A stretch of 31,391 nucleotides of DNA from Armatimonadota bacterium (GCA_046292385.1 JBKBRF010000065.1:1-31391), one strand, 5' to 3'; positions 20,530 through 31,391 are shown, counted from the stretch's first letter. Notes: a model not told the origin generated them from the sequence alone. Translations and numbers: made by a program.

Positions 20530-21564
20530 TTGGCGGAGAAGCCGACCTACGGCGGGCAAGCAGTTATCGAGGGCGTGATGATGCGGGGGCCGCGGCATTT
20601 CGCGGTCGCCTGCCGGCGGATGAGCGGCGAGATCCTGGTTCAGGAAGAGCCGGTCCCCGCCTTCTTCACGCGCTTCCAGTGGGCGAGATGGCCGTTCCTG
20701 CGCGGAGTGTTCGCGCTGGCCGACTCGCTGGTGCTGGGGATGAAGTCCCTCCTCTTCTCCGCGAACCTCGCGATGGCGGACGAGGCGGCGGCGCAGGAAG
20801 CCGGCAAGACCTCCGCGGCGGAGGACCACGAGCCGCCCGCCGGCCCCGGCCCGCTCGTCCAGGCGCTGATCGCGCCGCTCTACCTGATGCTCGGCACGAC
20901 CGGCAACGGATCGGTCTCCAGCATCGCGGTCACCGGCTCCGCCATCTTCGGAATGGCGATGGGGATCGGGCTCTTCATGCTCTTCCCCAGCCTGGTCGCC
21001 GGCTGGTTCTCGCCCCTGGTGGGGGAGACGGTCTGGCGCTCCGTGATCGAAGGGGTGGTCCGCGTCGCGCTAGTGCTCGGCTACATCGGTGCCATCGGAC
21101 GGATGCAGCACGTCCAGCGGCTCTTCCAGTACCACGGCGCGGAGCACCAGGCGATCAATGCCCTGGAGGCGGACGGCCGGGTAGACGTCGACTCAGCGAT
21201 GCGCGCGTCTCGCATTCACCCCCGGTGCGGCACCAACTTCATCCTGACGGTGCTGCTGATCAAGGCGCTGGTCTTTACGGTGCTGCCGTTTCAGAATGCC
21301 ATCCTGCCGCGGCTGGCGCTGCGGCTGGTGATGCTGCCGGTGGTCGGCTCCATCTCGTTCGAGATCATCCGCCTGGCGGGCCGCTACCGCAACTTCGCGC
21401 CGCTGCAGTGGCTGGTGGCGCCGGGGCTGGCGACGCAGTATCTCACCACCCGGGAGCCGAAGCGGGAGATGGTGGAAGTGGCGGTCGCCTCCCTGCAGGC
21501 GGTGATGGCGAAGGAGCATGCCCCGGCGGAGCCCCCGGCCTCCACCGGCTCGGCAATCGCTTAG
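20530..21564 (+). CDS. DUF1385 domain membrane protein
   Basis: GGQAVIEGVMM, YHGAEH, HPRCGTNF and LTTREP motifs. Typical position between rpmE and prfA. Confidence 0.92.
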   Translation: MAEKPTYGGQAVIEGVMMRGPRHFAVACRRMSGEILVQEEPVPAFFTRFQWARWPFLRGVFALADSLVLGMKSLLFSANLAMADEAAAQEAGKTSAAEDHEPPAGPGPLVQALIAPLYLMLGTTGNGSVSSIAVTGSAIFGMAMGIGLFMLFPSLVAGWFSPLVGETVWRSVIEGVVRVALVLGYIGAIGRMQHVQRLFQYHGAEHQAINALEADGRVDVDSAMRASRIHPRCGTNFILTVLLIKALVFTVLPFQNAILPRLALRLVMLPVVGSISFEIIRLAGRYRNFAPLQWLVAPGLATQYLTTREPKREMVEVAVASLQAVMAKEHAPAEPPASTGSAIA

Positions 21565-21706
21565 CCGCATAGAAGTGAAGCCGGTGGGCCTGGGGACCGA
21601 GTGTCCCGAGGCCCATCGGCGCGTTTGGACCCGGCGTGCGCTCCCTGGGGCGGGGCGCGGCGGCGGGAGATGAGCTTTCAGTCACGAGAACAGAGGGAAG
21701 CGGACG

Positions 21707-22783
21707 ATGTGGGACAAGCTGGACGAAGTACAGGCGCGGTACGACCGCCTGACGCAGGAGCTGAGTGATCCGAGCGTGGTGACCGATTCCCAGCGGTTCC
21801 AGCAGGTGGCGAAGCAGCACGCGGACCTGGAGCCGCTGGTGAGCTGCTACCGGGATTACAAGCGCCTGAAGCAGCAGATCGAGGAATCGCGCGCGCTGCT
21901 GCGCGATCCGGACGCGGACGTGCGCGCCCTGGCCCAGGAAGAGCTCCGCGAGCTGGAGGACCGGGACGAGCCGCTGCTGCAGGAGCTGAAGCGGCTGCTG
22001 CTGCCCAAAGACCCGAACGACGAGAAGGACGTGCTGGTGGAAGTCCGGGCGGCGGCGGGCGGCGAAGAAGCGGCCCTCTTCGCGGCGGAGCTCCTCCGCA
22101 TGTACACCCGCTACGCGGAGCGGATGGGCTGGAAGCCGGAGCTGATGTCGATGAGCGAGTCCGGCACCGGCGGCGTGAAGGAAGCGGTGCTCTCCATCAA
22201 GGGCAAGGGCGCCTACAGCCACCTGAAGTTCGAAGGCGGCCCGCACCGCGTGCAGCGGGTGCCGGTGACGGAGAGCGGCGGGCGCATTCACACTTCCGTC
22301 GCCACCGTGGCGGTGATGCCGGAGGTGGAAGACGTGGAAGTCCGGATCGATCCGAACGACCTGAAGTGGGACACCTACCTCTCCGGGGGCGCCGGCGGCC
22401 AGAACGTGCAGAAGAACGAGACCGCGGTGCGCCTGACGCACAAGCCGACCGGCCTGGTGCTGACCTGCCAGGACGAGCGGTCGCAGCTCCAGAACCGCGA
22501 AAAGGCGATGCGGATGCTGCGGGCCAAGCTGTACGACCTGCAGCTCGCCGAGCAGAACGCGGAGTTCTACGCCGCGCGGAAGTCGCAGGTCGCCAGCGGC
22601 GAGCGCAGCGACAAGATCCGGACCTACAACTTCCAGCAGAACCGGGTGACCGACCACCGGAACGGCACGACGCTGATCAACCGGCTCGACACGATCCTGG
22701 ACGGAGACATCGTCGACCTGGTCGAATCGCTCCGCTCCTGGGACCAGGCGAACCGCCTGGCCGACGAGAGCAACGGCGCGTAG
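21707..22783 (+). CDS. prfA: Peptide chain release factor 1
   Basis: GGQ motif, PVT peptide anticodon (RVPVTE) and KIRTYNF. Confidence 0.97.
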   Translation: MWDKLDEVQARYDRLTQELSDPSVVTDSQRFQQVAKQHADLEPLVSCYRDYKRLKQQIEESRALLRDPDADVRALAQEELRELEDRDEPLLQELKRLLLPKDPNDEKDVLVEVRAAAGGEEAALFAAELLRMYTRYAERMGWKPELMSMSESGTGGVKEAVLSIKGKGAYSHLKFEGGPHRVQRVPVTESGGRIHTSVATVAVMPEVEDVEVRIDPNDLKWDTYLSGGAGGQNVQKNETAVRLTHKPTGLVLTCQDERSQLQNREKAMRMLRAKLYDLQLAEQNAEFYAARKSQVASGERSDKIRTYNFQQNRVTDHRNGTTLINRLDTILDGDIVDLVESLRSWDQANRLADESNGA

Positions 22784-22816
22784 TACTCCGTCCAGGTCGA
22801 GATTGAAGGGCGAGTT

Positions 22817-22909
22817 TGGCAAGGGCGAGTGCGCGTGAGGGCGAGCTTGAGAAGCTGCTTACCGCAGCGGATCTCCCACTCCGGGACATCAGAAGTAGCT
22901 GGAGACGCC
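22817..22909. repeat. Dispersed repeat, copy 2
   Basis: 57 of 66 nt identical to 4161-4226, including an exact AGGGCGAGCTTGAGAAGCTGCTTAC core. A similar CAGAAGT(A)GCTGG tail follows both copies. Confidence 0.85.
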
Positions 22910-22967
22910 ATCAGGTGCCCCGACCTTGCTACGATAGTTGCGTGCTTGCCGGGGTGGAGGGTGTTCG

Positions 22968-23237
22968 ATGCAGATCACGATCGAGCTTCCAGACGACATC
23001 GCTGCTGAATTGACCGGGAGGGACGCCGCGCGCCTTCCACGGACTTTGCTGGAGATGGTGGCCATCGAGGGATACCGCTCCGGGCAGCTTACGCACGCTC
23101 AGGTGGGGCGGCTGCTGGGGATTGACTACCGCTTCGATATCGATGCCTTTCTCCAGAGGCACGGCATTGACAACGGGTACACCGCGCAGGATCTCGAGCA
23201 GGATCAGCGCACGCTTCGCGGCGTCAATTCCGTATGA
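22968..23237 (+). CDS. UPF0175-family protein, putative antitoxin
   Basis: MQITIELPDD N-terminus and YRSGQLTHAQVGRLLG HTH-like segment. GGAGG SD; ATGA overlap with the next gene. Confidence 0.85.
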   Translation: MQITIELPDDIAAELTGRDAARLPRTLLEMVAIEGYRSGQLTHAQVGRLLGIDYRFDIDAFLQRHGIDNGYTAQDLEQDQRTLRGVNSV

Positions 23238-23743
23238 TCGTCGTTGCCGACACGTCGCCGCTGAACTACCTGATCCTGGTAGAGGCAGTGGAGGTCTTGC
23301 CGCGACTGTTCGGGACGGTTCTGATCCCGCCGGCGGTCCGCCGTGAGCTGCTCCATCCCGGCGCGCCGGATAGGGTCCGTCAGTGGGCCGCGAGCCTCCC
23401 CGAGTGGGTTGAGATCCGAAGCGCTCGACCGAACCCTCACCGACCGCTGGCTGAGCTGCACGACGGCGAGCGGGAAGCAATCGAGTTAGCACTGGACGTG
23501 GACGCCGGGCTCGTCCTGGTGGACGAATGGGCGGCACGGCAGGTGGCGCGTGCTTTAGGAATGAAGGTTGCCGGCACGTTGGGTGTGCTCGATCTGGCGG
23601 CGGAGCACGGGTTCATCGATTTCGTCGAGATGGCGACGGCTCTCCGCGCCACCTCGTTTCGCGTCAGCGACCCGGTTCTTCAGCCCTTGATCGAGCGTCA
23701 TCGTCGCGAGCGCCCACCTTTACCTCCGGAAGAGCCGCTGTGA
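23234..23743 (+). CDS. DUF3368-type PIN-domain protein, putative toxin
   Basis: VVADTSPLNYL, LHDGEREAI, LVDE and GTLGVL motifs. Confidence 0.9.
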   Translation: MIVVADTSPLNYLILVEAVEVLPRLFGTVLIPPAVRRELLHPGAPDRVRQWAASLPEWVEIRSARPNPHRPLAELHDGEREAIELALDVDAGLVLVDEWAARQVARALGMKVAGTLGVLDLAAEHGFIDFVEMATALRATSFRVSDPVLQPLIERHRRERPPLPPEEPL

Positions 23744-24588
23744 CCGTCCGCGAGGCTCTACAGGCGGGGCAGGAGCGCCTGGCGCGGGCGGGGGTGGAGA
23801 GCCCGCGCCTCGATGCGTCGCTCCTGGTGGCCCACGTGCTCCAGCGAGACCGCACCTTCCTGCTCGGCCATCCGGAAGAGTCGCTGGCTCCCGATCAGGC
23901 GCTCGAGCTCGAGGAGTTGCTCCGCCGGCGAGAGGCCCGGGAGCCGCTGCCGTACCTGCTGGGGAGCTGGGAGTTCCTGGGGCTGCGGTTCCGGGTCGGC
24001 CCCGGGGTGCTGATTCCCCGGCCGGAGACGGAGGTGCTGGTCGAGACCGTCGCGGCTCGCCTCTCGGGACGGGTCCGCGTGCTCGACGTCGGCGCCGGCA
24101 GCGGCTGCATCGGTATCGGGCTGGCGACCCTCCTCCCGGAGGCGGAGGTGGTGCTGCTGGAGGCTGCCGCGCAGGCGAGCGAGCTTGCGTGGGAGAACGC
24201 CGCGATCCACGACGTCACCGACCGGGTCGCGGTCGTCACCGGCGCTTTTCCGGAGGCCGCGGCACTGCTCGGACAGTTCGATGCCGTGGTGAGCAATCCG
24301 CCGTACATCCCGAGCGAGGAAGTCGACCGCCTCGCGCCGGAGCTGGTCCGCTATGAGCCCCGCCTGGCGCTCGACGGCGGAGCGGACGGCCTCGACGTCC
24401 TCCGCGCCCTCGCCACCGTCAGTCCCTCCCTCCTCCATCCCGGCGGACTGCTCGCCCTGGAGGTGATGGCGGGCCAGGCGGAGCAGGTGGCGGACCTGCT
24501 CCGCGCCGCCAACGCCTGGACGGAGCCCGAGCAAATCCACGACCTCGCCGGCATCCCGCGGGTCGTGCTGGCAAAGGCAAAAGGCTAA
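23740..24588 (+). CDS. prmC: Release factor glutamine N5-methyltransferase
   Basis: EPLPYLLG, LIPRPETE, DVGAGSG, SNPPY and ALDGG motifs. GTG 23740 overlaps the PIN gene stop (GTGA). Confidence 0.95.
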   Translation: MTVREALQAGQERLARAGVESPRLDASLLVAHVLQRDRTFLLGHPEESLAPDQALELEELLRRREAREPLPYLLGSWEFLGLRFRVGPGVLIPRPETEVLVETVAARLSGRVRVLDVGAGSGCIGIGLATLLPEAEVVLLEAAAQASELAWENAAIHDVTDRVAVVTGAFPEAAALLGQFDAVVSNPPYIPSEEVDRLAPELVRYEPRLALDGGADGLDVLRALATVSPSLLHPGGLLALEVMAGQAEQVADLLRAANAWTEPEQIHDLAGIPRVVLAKAKG

Positions 24589-24985
24589 AGGTTCACCCCC
24601 CGAACGGTGGGCTAAAGGCAGCAGGGGAGCTCTTGTCATTCGGTGTGTAAGAGCGGATCCGGCGCCAGGCACCGCGTGGGTCTTCCATCCTCAAGCTCGC
24701 TTCCGCTGGGACTTTGCGCGCCCGACCAGTTCCGTAAGCACCTCCAGGAGCCGCTGAACGAAGCGCCGATGGCGGGGCTCGGACCAACTTCTCCAGGTTT
24801 CTCCCGGTCGACCGACATGCCGGAGGACGCAGGGTAGCATTCCCGGTTCGATAGAACTAGTACAGAAGAATCTCCTGCGGGGAGCGGGGCGCCCGAGACA
24901 GCGTGCCGCCCGCGACCGGGTTTCCTGGGAAGCTGCCGGGGCGACATGCGGGCGCGACCTGCATTCGACCGAGGATGACCGCGCG

Positions 24986-26674
24986 ATGCCATTCGAGCTT
25001 GGGCCGGAGGAGATCCTGGAGAGCATCGACCAGGGCGTCTACACCGTGGATCGGGAGTGGCGGATCACCTACGTCAACGGTCTGGCCGCGGAGCGCTGGC
25101 ACTGCTCTCCCGGAGAGCTGGTGGGGAAGAACGTGTTCGAGGCGTTCCCGCAACTGCGGCGGTCCGAGGTCTTCTCGGCCTATCAGCAGGCACTCGCCAG
25201 CGGCCAGCCGGTCTCGGTGGAGTGCCCCGGTGTAGTCCGGCGCAGTTGGGTTGCGGTAACCGTGCGTCCGTACGCGTGGGGCCTGATGGTCCTGTTCCGA
25301 GACCTGGCGGCGTCCCACCGGTTGGCAAGCGACCTCTCCGAAAGCCAGGAGCGACTGAGGCTCATCGCCGCGCTCTGCCGTGAGGGGATCGTGATCCATA
25401 ACGAGAGCCGGATTCTGGAGATCAACGACGGCTTTCTGAAGCTCTTCGGCTACCGGTACGACGAGGCCCTGAGGCTGCCCAGTCTCTCGTTCGTGACGCC
25501 TGAAGCTCGAGGGGAGGTCGCCGAGCGGGTGCGGAGCGGCTACGAGGCCCCATATGAGGTGACCGCGCTGCGTCAGGACGGAGCGATGTTCCCGGTGGAG
25601 GTCCACAGCCGCCCCTGCCGCTTCCGCGGAGAGCCCGCGACGGTGACGACGATCTGGGACCTCTCTGCGGCGCGGCAGGCGGAGCAGGAGCGAACGCGCC
25701 TCCTCACGCAGATGGACGCGGTGCTCGAACAGCTTCCGGCGGGCGTGCTGATCACCGATGCGGCGGGGGCGATTACCCGGGCGAACCGCTACGCGCTGCG
25801 TCTGCTGGGAGGCTCCGTCCCGCATTTCCACGCGATCGAAGACGCCGGCACCTGGGGGCTGACGCGCCTCGACGGCACTCGCTACCTGCCCGAGGAGTTA
25901 CCCCTTGCCCGGGCGTTTCAAACGGGGCTGCCGGTAGTCGGCGAGGAGATGCGAGTTCCGCTCCAGGACGGCTCCTGGCTGTACGTCAGCGTCGACGCCG
26001 CGCCGGTCCGCAACGCCGAGGGAGCGACGGTGGCCGGGGTCATCACGTTCTACGATCTCTCGGAGCGGAAGCAGGTCGAGCAGCTCGCGCTCGGAATCCG
26101 CGAAGCTCACCATCGGATCAAGAACAACCTCCAGGCGATCACCGACGTCCTGTCTCTCGAGCTGCTCTCCGCCCCGGACGCCGCCGCGGCCGGTCCGCTC
26201 CAGGCGAGCGTCGAGCGCGTTCAGGCGATTGCCGTCGTTCACGACCTGCTCTCCCAGGAGAACGTGACTTCGGTCGACCTCTCCGAACTGGCGGGAAAGC
26301 TGATCCCCTCCATCCTGCAGGCGAATGCGAAGCAGGGATCGCTGCAGGTGAAGGTAGACCTGCCGCCCGTCGAATTGCCCTCCCGTACGGCAACCGCGCT
26401 CGCCCTGATTCTGAACGAGGTGATCAGCAACGCCATGAAGCACGCCGTCGGCCCTGGCGGGGGCCGGCTGGCGCTGCGCCTGACACCGGGGGACGAGCGG
26501 TATTGCCTGATCGTACGCGACGACGGCCCGGGTCTCCCTCCCGGCTTTGACCTGGACCGCGACGCGAACGTCGGCCTCCAGATGGTGCGCAGCCTCACGG
26601 AAGATAGTCTCAACGGCACCCTGTCACTGCGGAACGACGGGGGTCTCGTGGTTCAGATCGCCTTCCCCCGCTGA
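24986..26674 (+). CDS. Cytoplasmic multi-PAS sensor histidine kinase (HisKA_2 family)
   Basis: Three PAS-like segments, HHRIKNNLQ H-box, NEVISNAMKH and DDGPG. No TM segments. Confidence 0.92.
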   Translation: MPFELGPEEILESIDQGVYTVDREWRITYVNGLAAERWHCSPGELVGKNVFEAFPQLRRSEVFSAYQQALASGQPVSVECPGVVRRSWVAVTVRPYAWGLMVLFRDLAASHRLASDLSESQERLRLIAALCREGIVIHNESRILEINDGFLKLFGYRYDEALRLPSLSFVTPEARGEVAERVRSGYEAPYEVTALRQDGAMFPVEVHSRPCRFRGEPATVTTIWDLSAARQAEQERTRLLTQMDAVLEQLPAGVLITDAAGAITRANRYALRLLGGSVPHFHAIEDAGTWGLTRLDGTRYLPEELPLARAFQTGLPVVGEEMRVPLQDGSWLYVSVDAAPVRNAEGATVAGVITFYDLSERKQVEQLALGIREAHHRIKNNLQAITDVLSLELLSAPDAAAAGPLQASVERVQAIAVVHDLLSQENVTSVDLSELAGKLIPSILQANAKQGSLQVKVDLPPVELPSRTATALALILNEVISNAMKHAVGPGGGRLALRLTPGDERYCLIVRDDGPGLPPGFDLDRDANVGLQMVRSLTEDSLNGTLSLRNDGGLVVQIAFPR

Positions 26675-26818
26675 CATCCGGCGCGGGTCGCCTCTCCCCG
26701 GAGAAGGCGCGATGAGCGGAGCGGAGCCGGGTCCGTACGTGCAGTCCCCACCTTCTGCGGAAACTTCTCCCCGGGCTCATGTTTCGTAGTACCTGCTTCC
26801 CCGCCTCATCGAGCCAGA

Positions 26819-29449
26819 ATGCGCCATCCCTTCCGGAATACCCTGATCGGCACGCTGGTGCTCTCCGGCGCCGCGGTGCTGGCCACCCTTGCGGTCGCCT
26901 CCGAGCCACCGCCCGCCGCGACGCTGAAGCCGCCGACGGAGGCGGCCGCCGATCCCGCGCGGTTCTTCGAAACCCGGATTCGTCCCGTGCTGGCGACTCG
27001 CTGCCAGAGCTGTCATGGCGGGGAGCGGCAGTCGGGCGGTCTGCGGGTCGATAGCCGCGAGGCGCTCTTGAAGGGCGGCGCGTCCGGCCCGGCGCTGATC
27101 CCCGGAAAGCCGGAGCAGAGCCTGCTCTGGCAGGCACTCACCTACGGACACGCGCTCAAGATGCCGCCGGGCGGGAAGCTGCCGGACCGGCAGGTGGCAG
27201 ACCTCTCCCGCTGGATCGCGGCGGGCGCCGCCTGGCCCGCCGGCACCGCGAGCGGCGGCCGGGCGGATGCGAGCCACTGGGCGTTCCAGCCGGTGCGGCG
27301 CCCCCCACTGCCTCGCGTGAACGACCGCGCCTGGGTGAAGAGCCCGATCGACGCGTTCGTCCTTGCCGGTCTGGAGCAGGCGGGGCTGCGGCCCGCCCCG
27401 CCCGCGGACCGGCGGACGCTGATCCGGCGCGCCACCTTCGATCTCACCGGCCTGCCTCCCACCCCGGGGGAGATCGAGGCGTTCCTCGCGGACCGTTCCC
27501 CGGATGCGTGGGAGAAGGTGGTCGACCGTCTCCTCGCCTCACCCGCCTACGGCGAGCGGTGGGGGCGCCACTGGCTCGACGTGGCCCGCTACGCGGACAG
27601 CAACGGGCTGGACGAGAACGTGGCGCATGGAAACGCCTGGCGCTACCGGGACTGGGTGATCCGCAGCTTCAACGAGGACAAGCCGTACGACCAGTTCCTG
27701 ACCGAGCAGCTCGCGGGCGACCTGCTGCCGGCCGAGGACACCCCCACGCGCCACGCGCGCCTCATCGCCACCGGCTTTCTCTCGCTCGGCCCCAAGGTGC
27801 TGGCCGAGGCAGACAAAGAGAAGATGCTGATCGATATCGTGGACGAGCAGCTCGACACCACGGGCAAGGCGTTCATGGGGCTCACCCTCGGCTGCGCGCG
27901 CTGCCACGACCACAAGTTCGACCCAATCTCCACGGAGGACTACTACGCGCTCGCCGGGATCTTCAAGAGCACGAAGTCGATGGAGAGCCTGGTCACGATC
28001 GCGAAGTGGTGGGAGAACCCGATCCCGACGCCGGAAGACCTCGCCCGCAAGGCGGAGCACGAAAAGCGGGTGGCGGCGATCCGGGCCGAGATCGACGCGC
28101 TCCTGGCGCGGGGGAAGGAGGAGCTGACGGCCTCCGGCTCTCCGCTGCCGAAGGAGCCGGAGAGCGCGTACCGGCCGGAGCTCCGCGAGCAGCTCAAGAC
28201 GGTGCGCGAGCGGCTCGCCGCCGCGGAGAAGGAGGCTCCGGAGCTGCCCACCGCCATGGGCGTCACGGAGGGGGATCCGGTCGACGTGCAGGTGCATCTC
28301 CGCGGCGACCACCTGACCCTCGGAAAGGTGGTCCCGCGCCGCTTCCCGGTCGTGCTGGCGGGCGCCTCGCAGCCCAAGCTGCAGAGCCGGGAGAGCGGCC
28401 GCCTTCAGCTCGCACGGTGGCTGGCGAGCCCCACGCACCCGCTCACCTCCCGCGTGATGGTAAACCGGGTCTGGCGCTGGCACTTCGGACGCGGGCTCGT
28501 CGCCACCACCGACAACTTCGGCTTCCTGGGCGAGAAGCCGAGCCACCCGGAATTGCTCGACTACCTCGCCTCTGTTTTCTCGTCGCCAGCTACCGTCAGG
28601 CCGGTGTCGACGGAGAGACAGAGAGACGGAGAGACAAAGGGAGTCCGAACCGTCGCTTTCCGGGGAGCGAGTGCGCCAGCCGATCGGAAGGGTTCGGAAT
28701 TCATCGCTCATCCTTCATCCCTCATCCCTCGCGAAGGCTTGGGCTGGAGCGTTAAGCGGCTGCACCGGCTCCTGATGCTTTCCAGCACCTACCAGATGGC
28801 TTCCCAGCCAGCGAAGCCGCGGGCCGGCGGCGCAAAGTCCCGGCAGCCGGAGACGGCCGATCCGGAGAACCGGCTCCTCTGGCGGATGCCGGTCCGGCGC
28901 CTGGAAGCGGAGGAGGTGCGGGACGCGCTGCTGGCGGTTTCCGGAACCCTCGACCGCACCATGGGCGGCTCCCTGCTCCACGTGAAGAACCGGGAGTTCT
29001 TTTTCGACCATACCTCCATCGACGGCACCCGGTACGACAGCAAGAAGCGGGCGGTCTACCTGCCGGTGGTGCGGAACCACGTCTACGACGTCTTTCAGCT
29101 CTTCGACTTCGTCGATCCGGCCGTGCTGGAGAGCAACCGGGCTACCACCACCATCGCGCCGCAGGCGCTCTTCTGGCTGAACAGCGACCTGGTGATGGAT
29201 GCCTCCCGCGCGCTGGCGGACCGGCTGCTCGCTCAAACGGAGCTGGATCAGCCGGGTCGGGTCCGGAGCCTCTTCGTGCTGCTCTACGGCCGCCCCGCCA
29301 CCACCTCGGAAGTAGCGCGAGGGCTCACGGCGCTGGCGCACTTCCAGGACGCCGCGCCGGGCCCGGACGCGGCCGCGCGCCGCGCGCAGGCGTGGGCCTG
29401 GTACTGCCACGCGCTGCTGGCCGCCAACGAGTTTCTGTACCTGCGGTGA
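26819..29449 (+). CDS. Planctomycete cytochrome c plus PSD1 (DUF1549/DUF1553) protein
   Basis: Signal peptide, CQSCH and CARCHDHKFD heme-type motifs, YGERWGRHWLDVARYADS and HPELLDYLA. Confidence 0.93.
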   Translation: MRHPFRNTLIGTLVLSGAAVLATLAVASEPPPAATLKPPTEAAADPARFFETRIRPVLATRCQSCHGGERQSGGLRVDSREALLKGGASGPALIPGKPEQSLLWQALTYGHALKMPPGGKLPDRQVADLSRWIAAGAAWPAGTASGGRADASHWAFQPVRRPPLPRVNDRAWVKSPIDAFVLAGLEQAGLRPAPPADRRTLIRRATFDLTGLPPTPGEIEAFLADRSPDAWEKVVDRLLASPAYGERWGRHWLDVARYADSNGLDENVAHGNAWRYRDWVIRSFNEDKPYDQFLTEQLAGDLLPAEDTPTRHARLIATGFLSLGPKVLAEADKEKMLIDIVDEQLDTTGKAFMGLTLGCARCHDHKFDPISTEDYYALAGIFKSTKSMESLVTIAKWWENPIPTPEDLARKAEHEKRVAAIRAEIDALLARGKEELTASGSPLPKEPESAYRPELREQLKTVRERLAAAEKEAPELPTAMGVTEGDPVDVQVHLRGDHLTLGKVVPRRFPVVLAGASQPKLQSRESGRLQLARWLASPTHPLTSRVMVNRVWRWHFGRGLVATTDNFGFLGEKPSHPELLDYLASVFSSPATVRPVSTERQRDGETKGVRTVAFRGASAPADRKGSEFIAHPSSLIPREGLGWSVKRLHRLLMLSSTYQMASQPAKPRAGGAKSRQPETADPENRLLWRMPVRRLEAEEVRDALLAVSGTLDRTMGGSLLHVKNREFFFDHTSIDGTRYDSKKRAVYLPVVRNHVYDVFQLFDFVDPAVLESNRATTTIAPQALFWLNSDLVMDASRALADRLLAQTELDQPGRVRSLFVLLYGRPATTSEVARGLTALAHFQDAAPGPDAAARRAQAWAWYCHALLAANEFLYLR
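28609..28730. repeat. 8-nt and 7-nt period repeat tracts lying in frame inside the PSD1 gene
   Basis: GACGGAGA-GACAGAGA-GACGGAGA-GACAAAGG spans 28609-28640. 28700-28730 is the reverse complement of 5510-5540 with 2 mismatches in 31 nt. Confidence 0.85.
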
Positions 29450-29458
29450 GGACCCCTG

Positions 29459-30940
<1,482 letters not shown>

Positions 30941-31138
30941 CCGGTAACCGCCACCGTGGCGGGGCCGCCGGGATGCCGCTGCACGGACCGGGTGCCCGCG
31001 GCAGTTTACCTCGGGGACCCCTCGGTCCTCGGCCCTCTCTACACCCTCCGCCGACCGGCGAAGGGGAGCTCTCCAGGCGCGTTCTCCGCACTACGCCGGG
31101 CGTCGTGTGAGAGGCCTGCGACTCAGGGAGGAGAGCCG

Positions 31139-31275
31139 ATGCGCTGGAGCAGAATCGTCGGGCTACTCCTGGTGGGCGGCGCCTCCGTCACGGGCGGCGG
31201 CTGGTATCTTCGCGAGCAGGTGTGGGCGCGCGGCTCCGCCCGGCGCTGTGAAGCGAATCTGTCGGTCCTCTCTAG
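31139..31275 (+). pseudogene. 5' part of a membrane-anchored or secreted protein gene interrupted by the IS
   Basis: GGAGG SD, then MRWSRIVGLLLVGGASVTGGGWYLREQVWARGSARRCEANLSVLS, running into the IR at 31276. Confidence 0.5.
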
Positions 31276-31391
31276 CCCAAGTTCCGCAGTTGGTGGTGGC
31301 AGATTACTGCCACCACCTTTTTTCGTGCCTGACTGGCGGTTGCGCTACGAGGTCTCCACCGAGTTACAGGCATGGCTGCCGCCGCATTGCC
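31276..31391 (+). mobile_element. Left end of an insertion sequence (same IR as at the window start); truncated by the window edge
   Basis: CCCAAGTTCCGCAGTT (31276-31291) preceded by CTAG. Possible transposase ATG at 31372. Confidence 0.6.
31292..31323 (+). terminator. Strong intrinsic terminator just inside the IS end
   Basis: GGTGGTGGCAG-ATTA-CTGCCACCACC-TTTTTT. Confidence 0.8.

Noticed and set aside
22781..22970. RF1 autoregulation by UAG read-through of prfA into the antitoxin
   Set aside because: The read-through frame does not match the antitoxin frame, and TAG stops are common in this window.
24589..24985. ncRNA or small ORF upstream of the PAS kinase
   Set aside because: No recognisable RNA motif, and the short ORFs lack an SD and coding-like composition.

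Overview
High-GC bacterial chromosomal segment. The gene mix (PSD1/DUF1553 plus DUF1501 pair, C30 carotenoid genes, rpmE-DUF1385-prfA-prmC order) suggests an Armatimonadota- or PVC-like organism, but that is inference only. Housekeeping genes: family-5 uracil-DNA glycosylase, cysC, sugE/gdx, glpD-like, gyrB, ftsH, rpmE, prfA and prmC. Accessory content: a five-gene C30-type carotenoid operon with no synthase gene, a UPF0175/DUF3368(PIN) toxin-antitoxin-like pair between prfA and prmC, an orphan PAS/HisKA_2 kinase, and a cytochrome-c PSD1 gene with DUF1501. Two non-gene features stand out. (1) The window is bracketed by a perfect 16-bp inverted repeat (106-121 and 31276-31291), apparently the right and left ends of two copies of one insertion sequence; the second copy interrupts a gene. 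(2) There is a family of short tandem repeats with periods of 6, 7, 8 and 9 nt that form inverted pairs, recur across the window, and have entered two coding sequences in frame. No CRISPR array, tRNA or rRNA was seen. I cannot claim a demonstrably new system; the repeat family is the best candidate.
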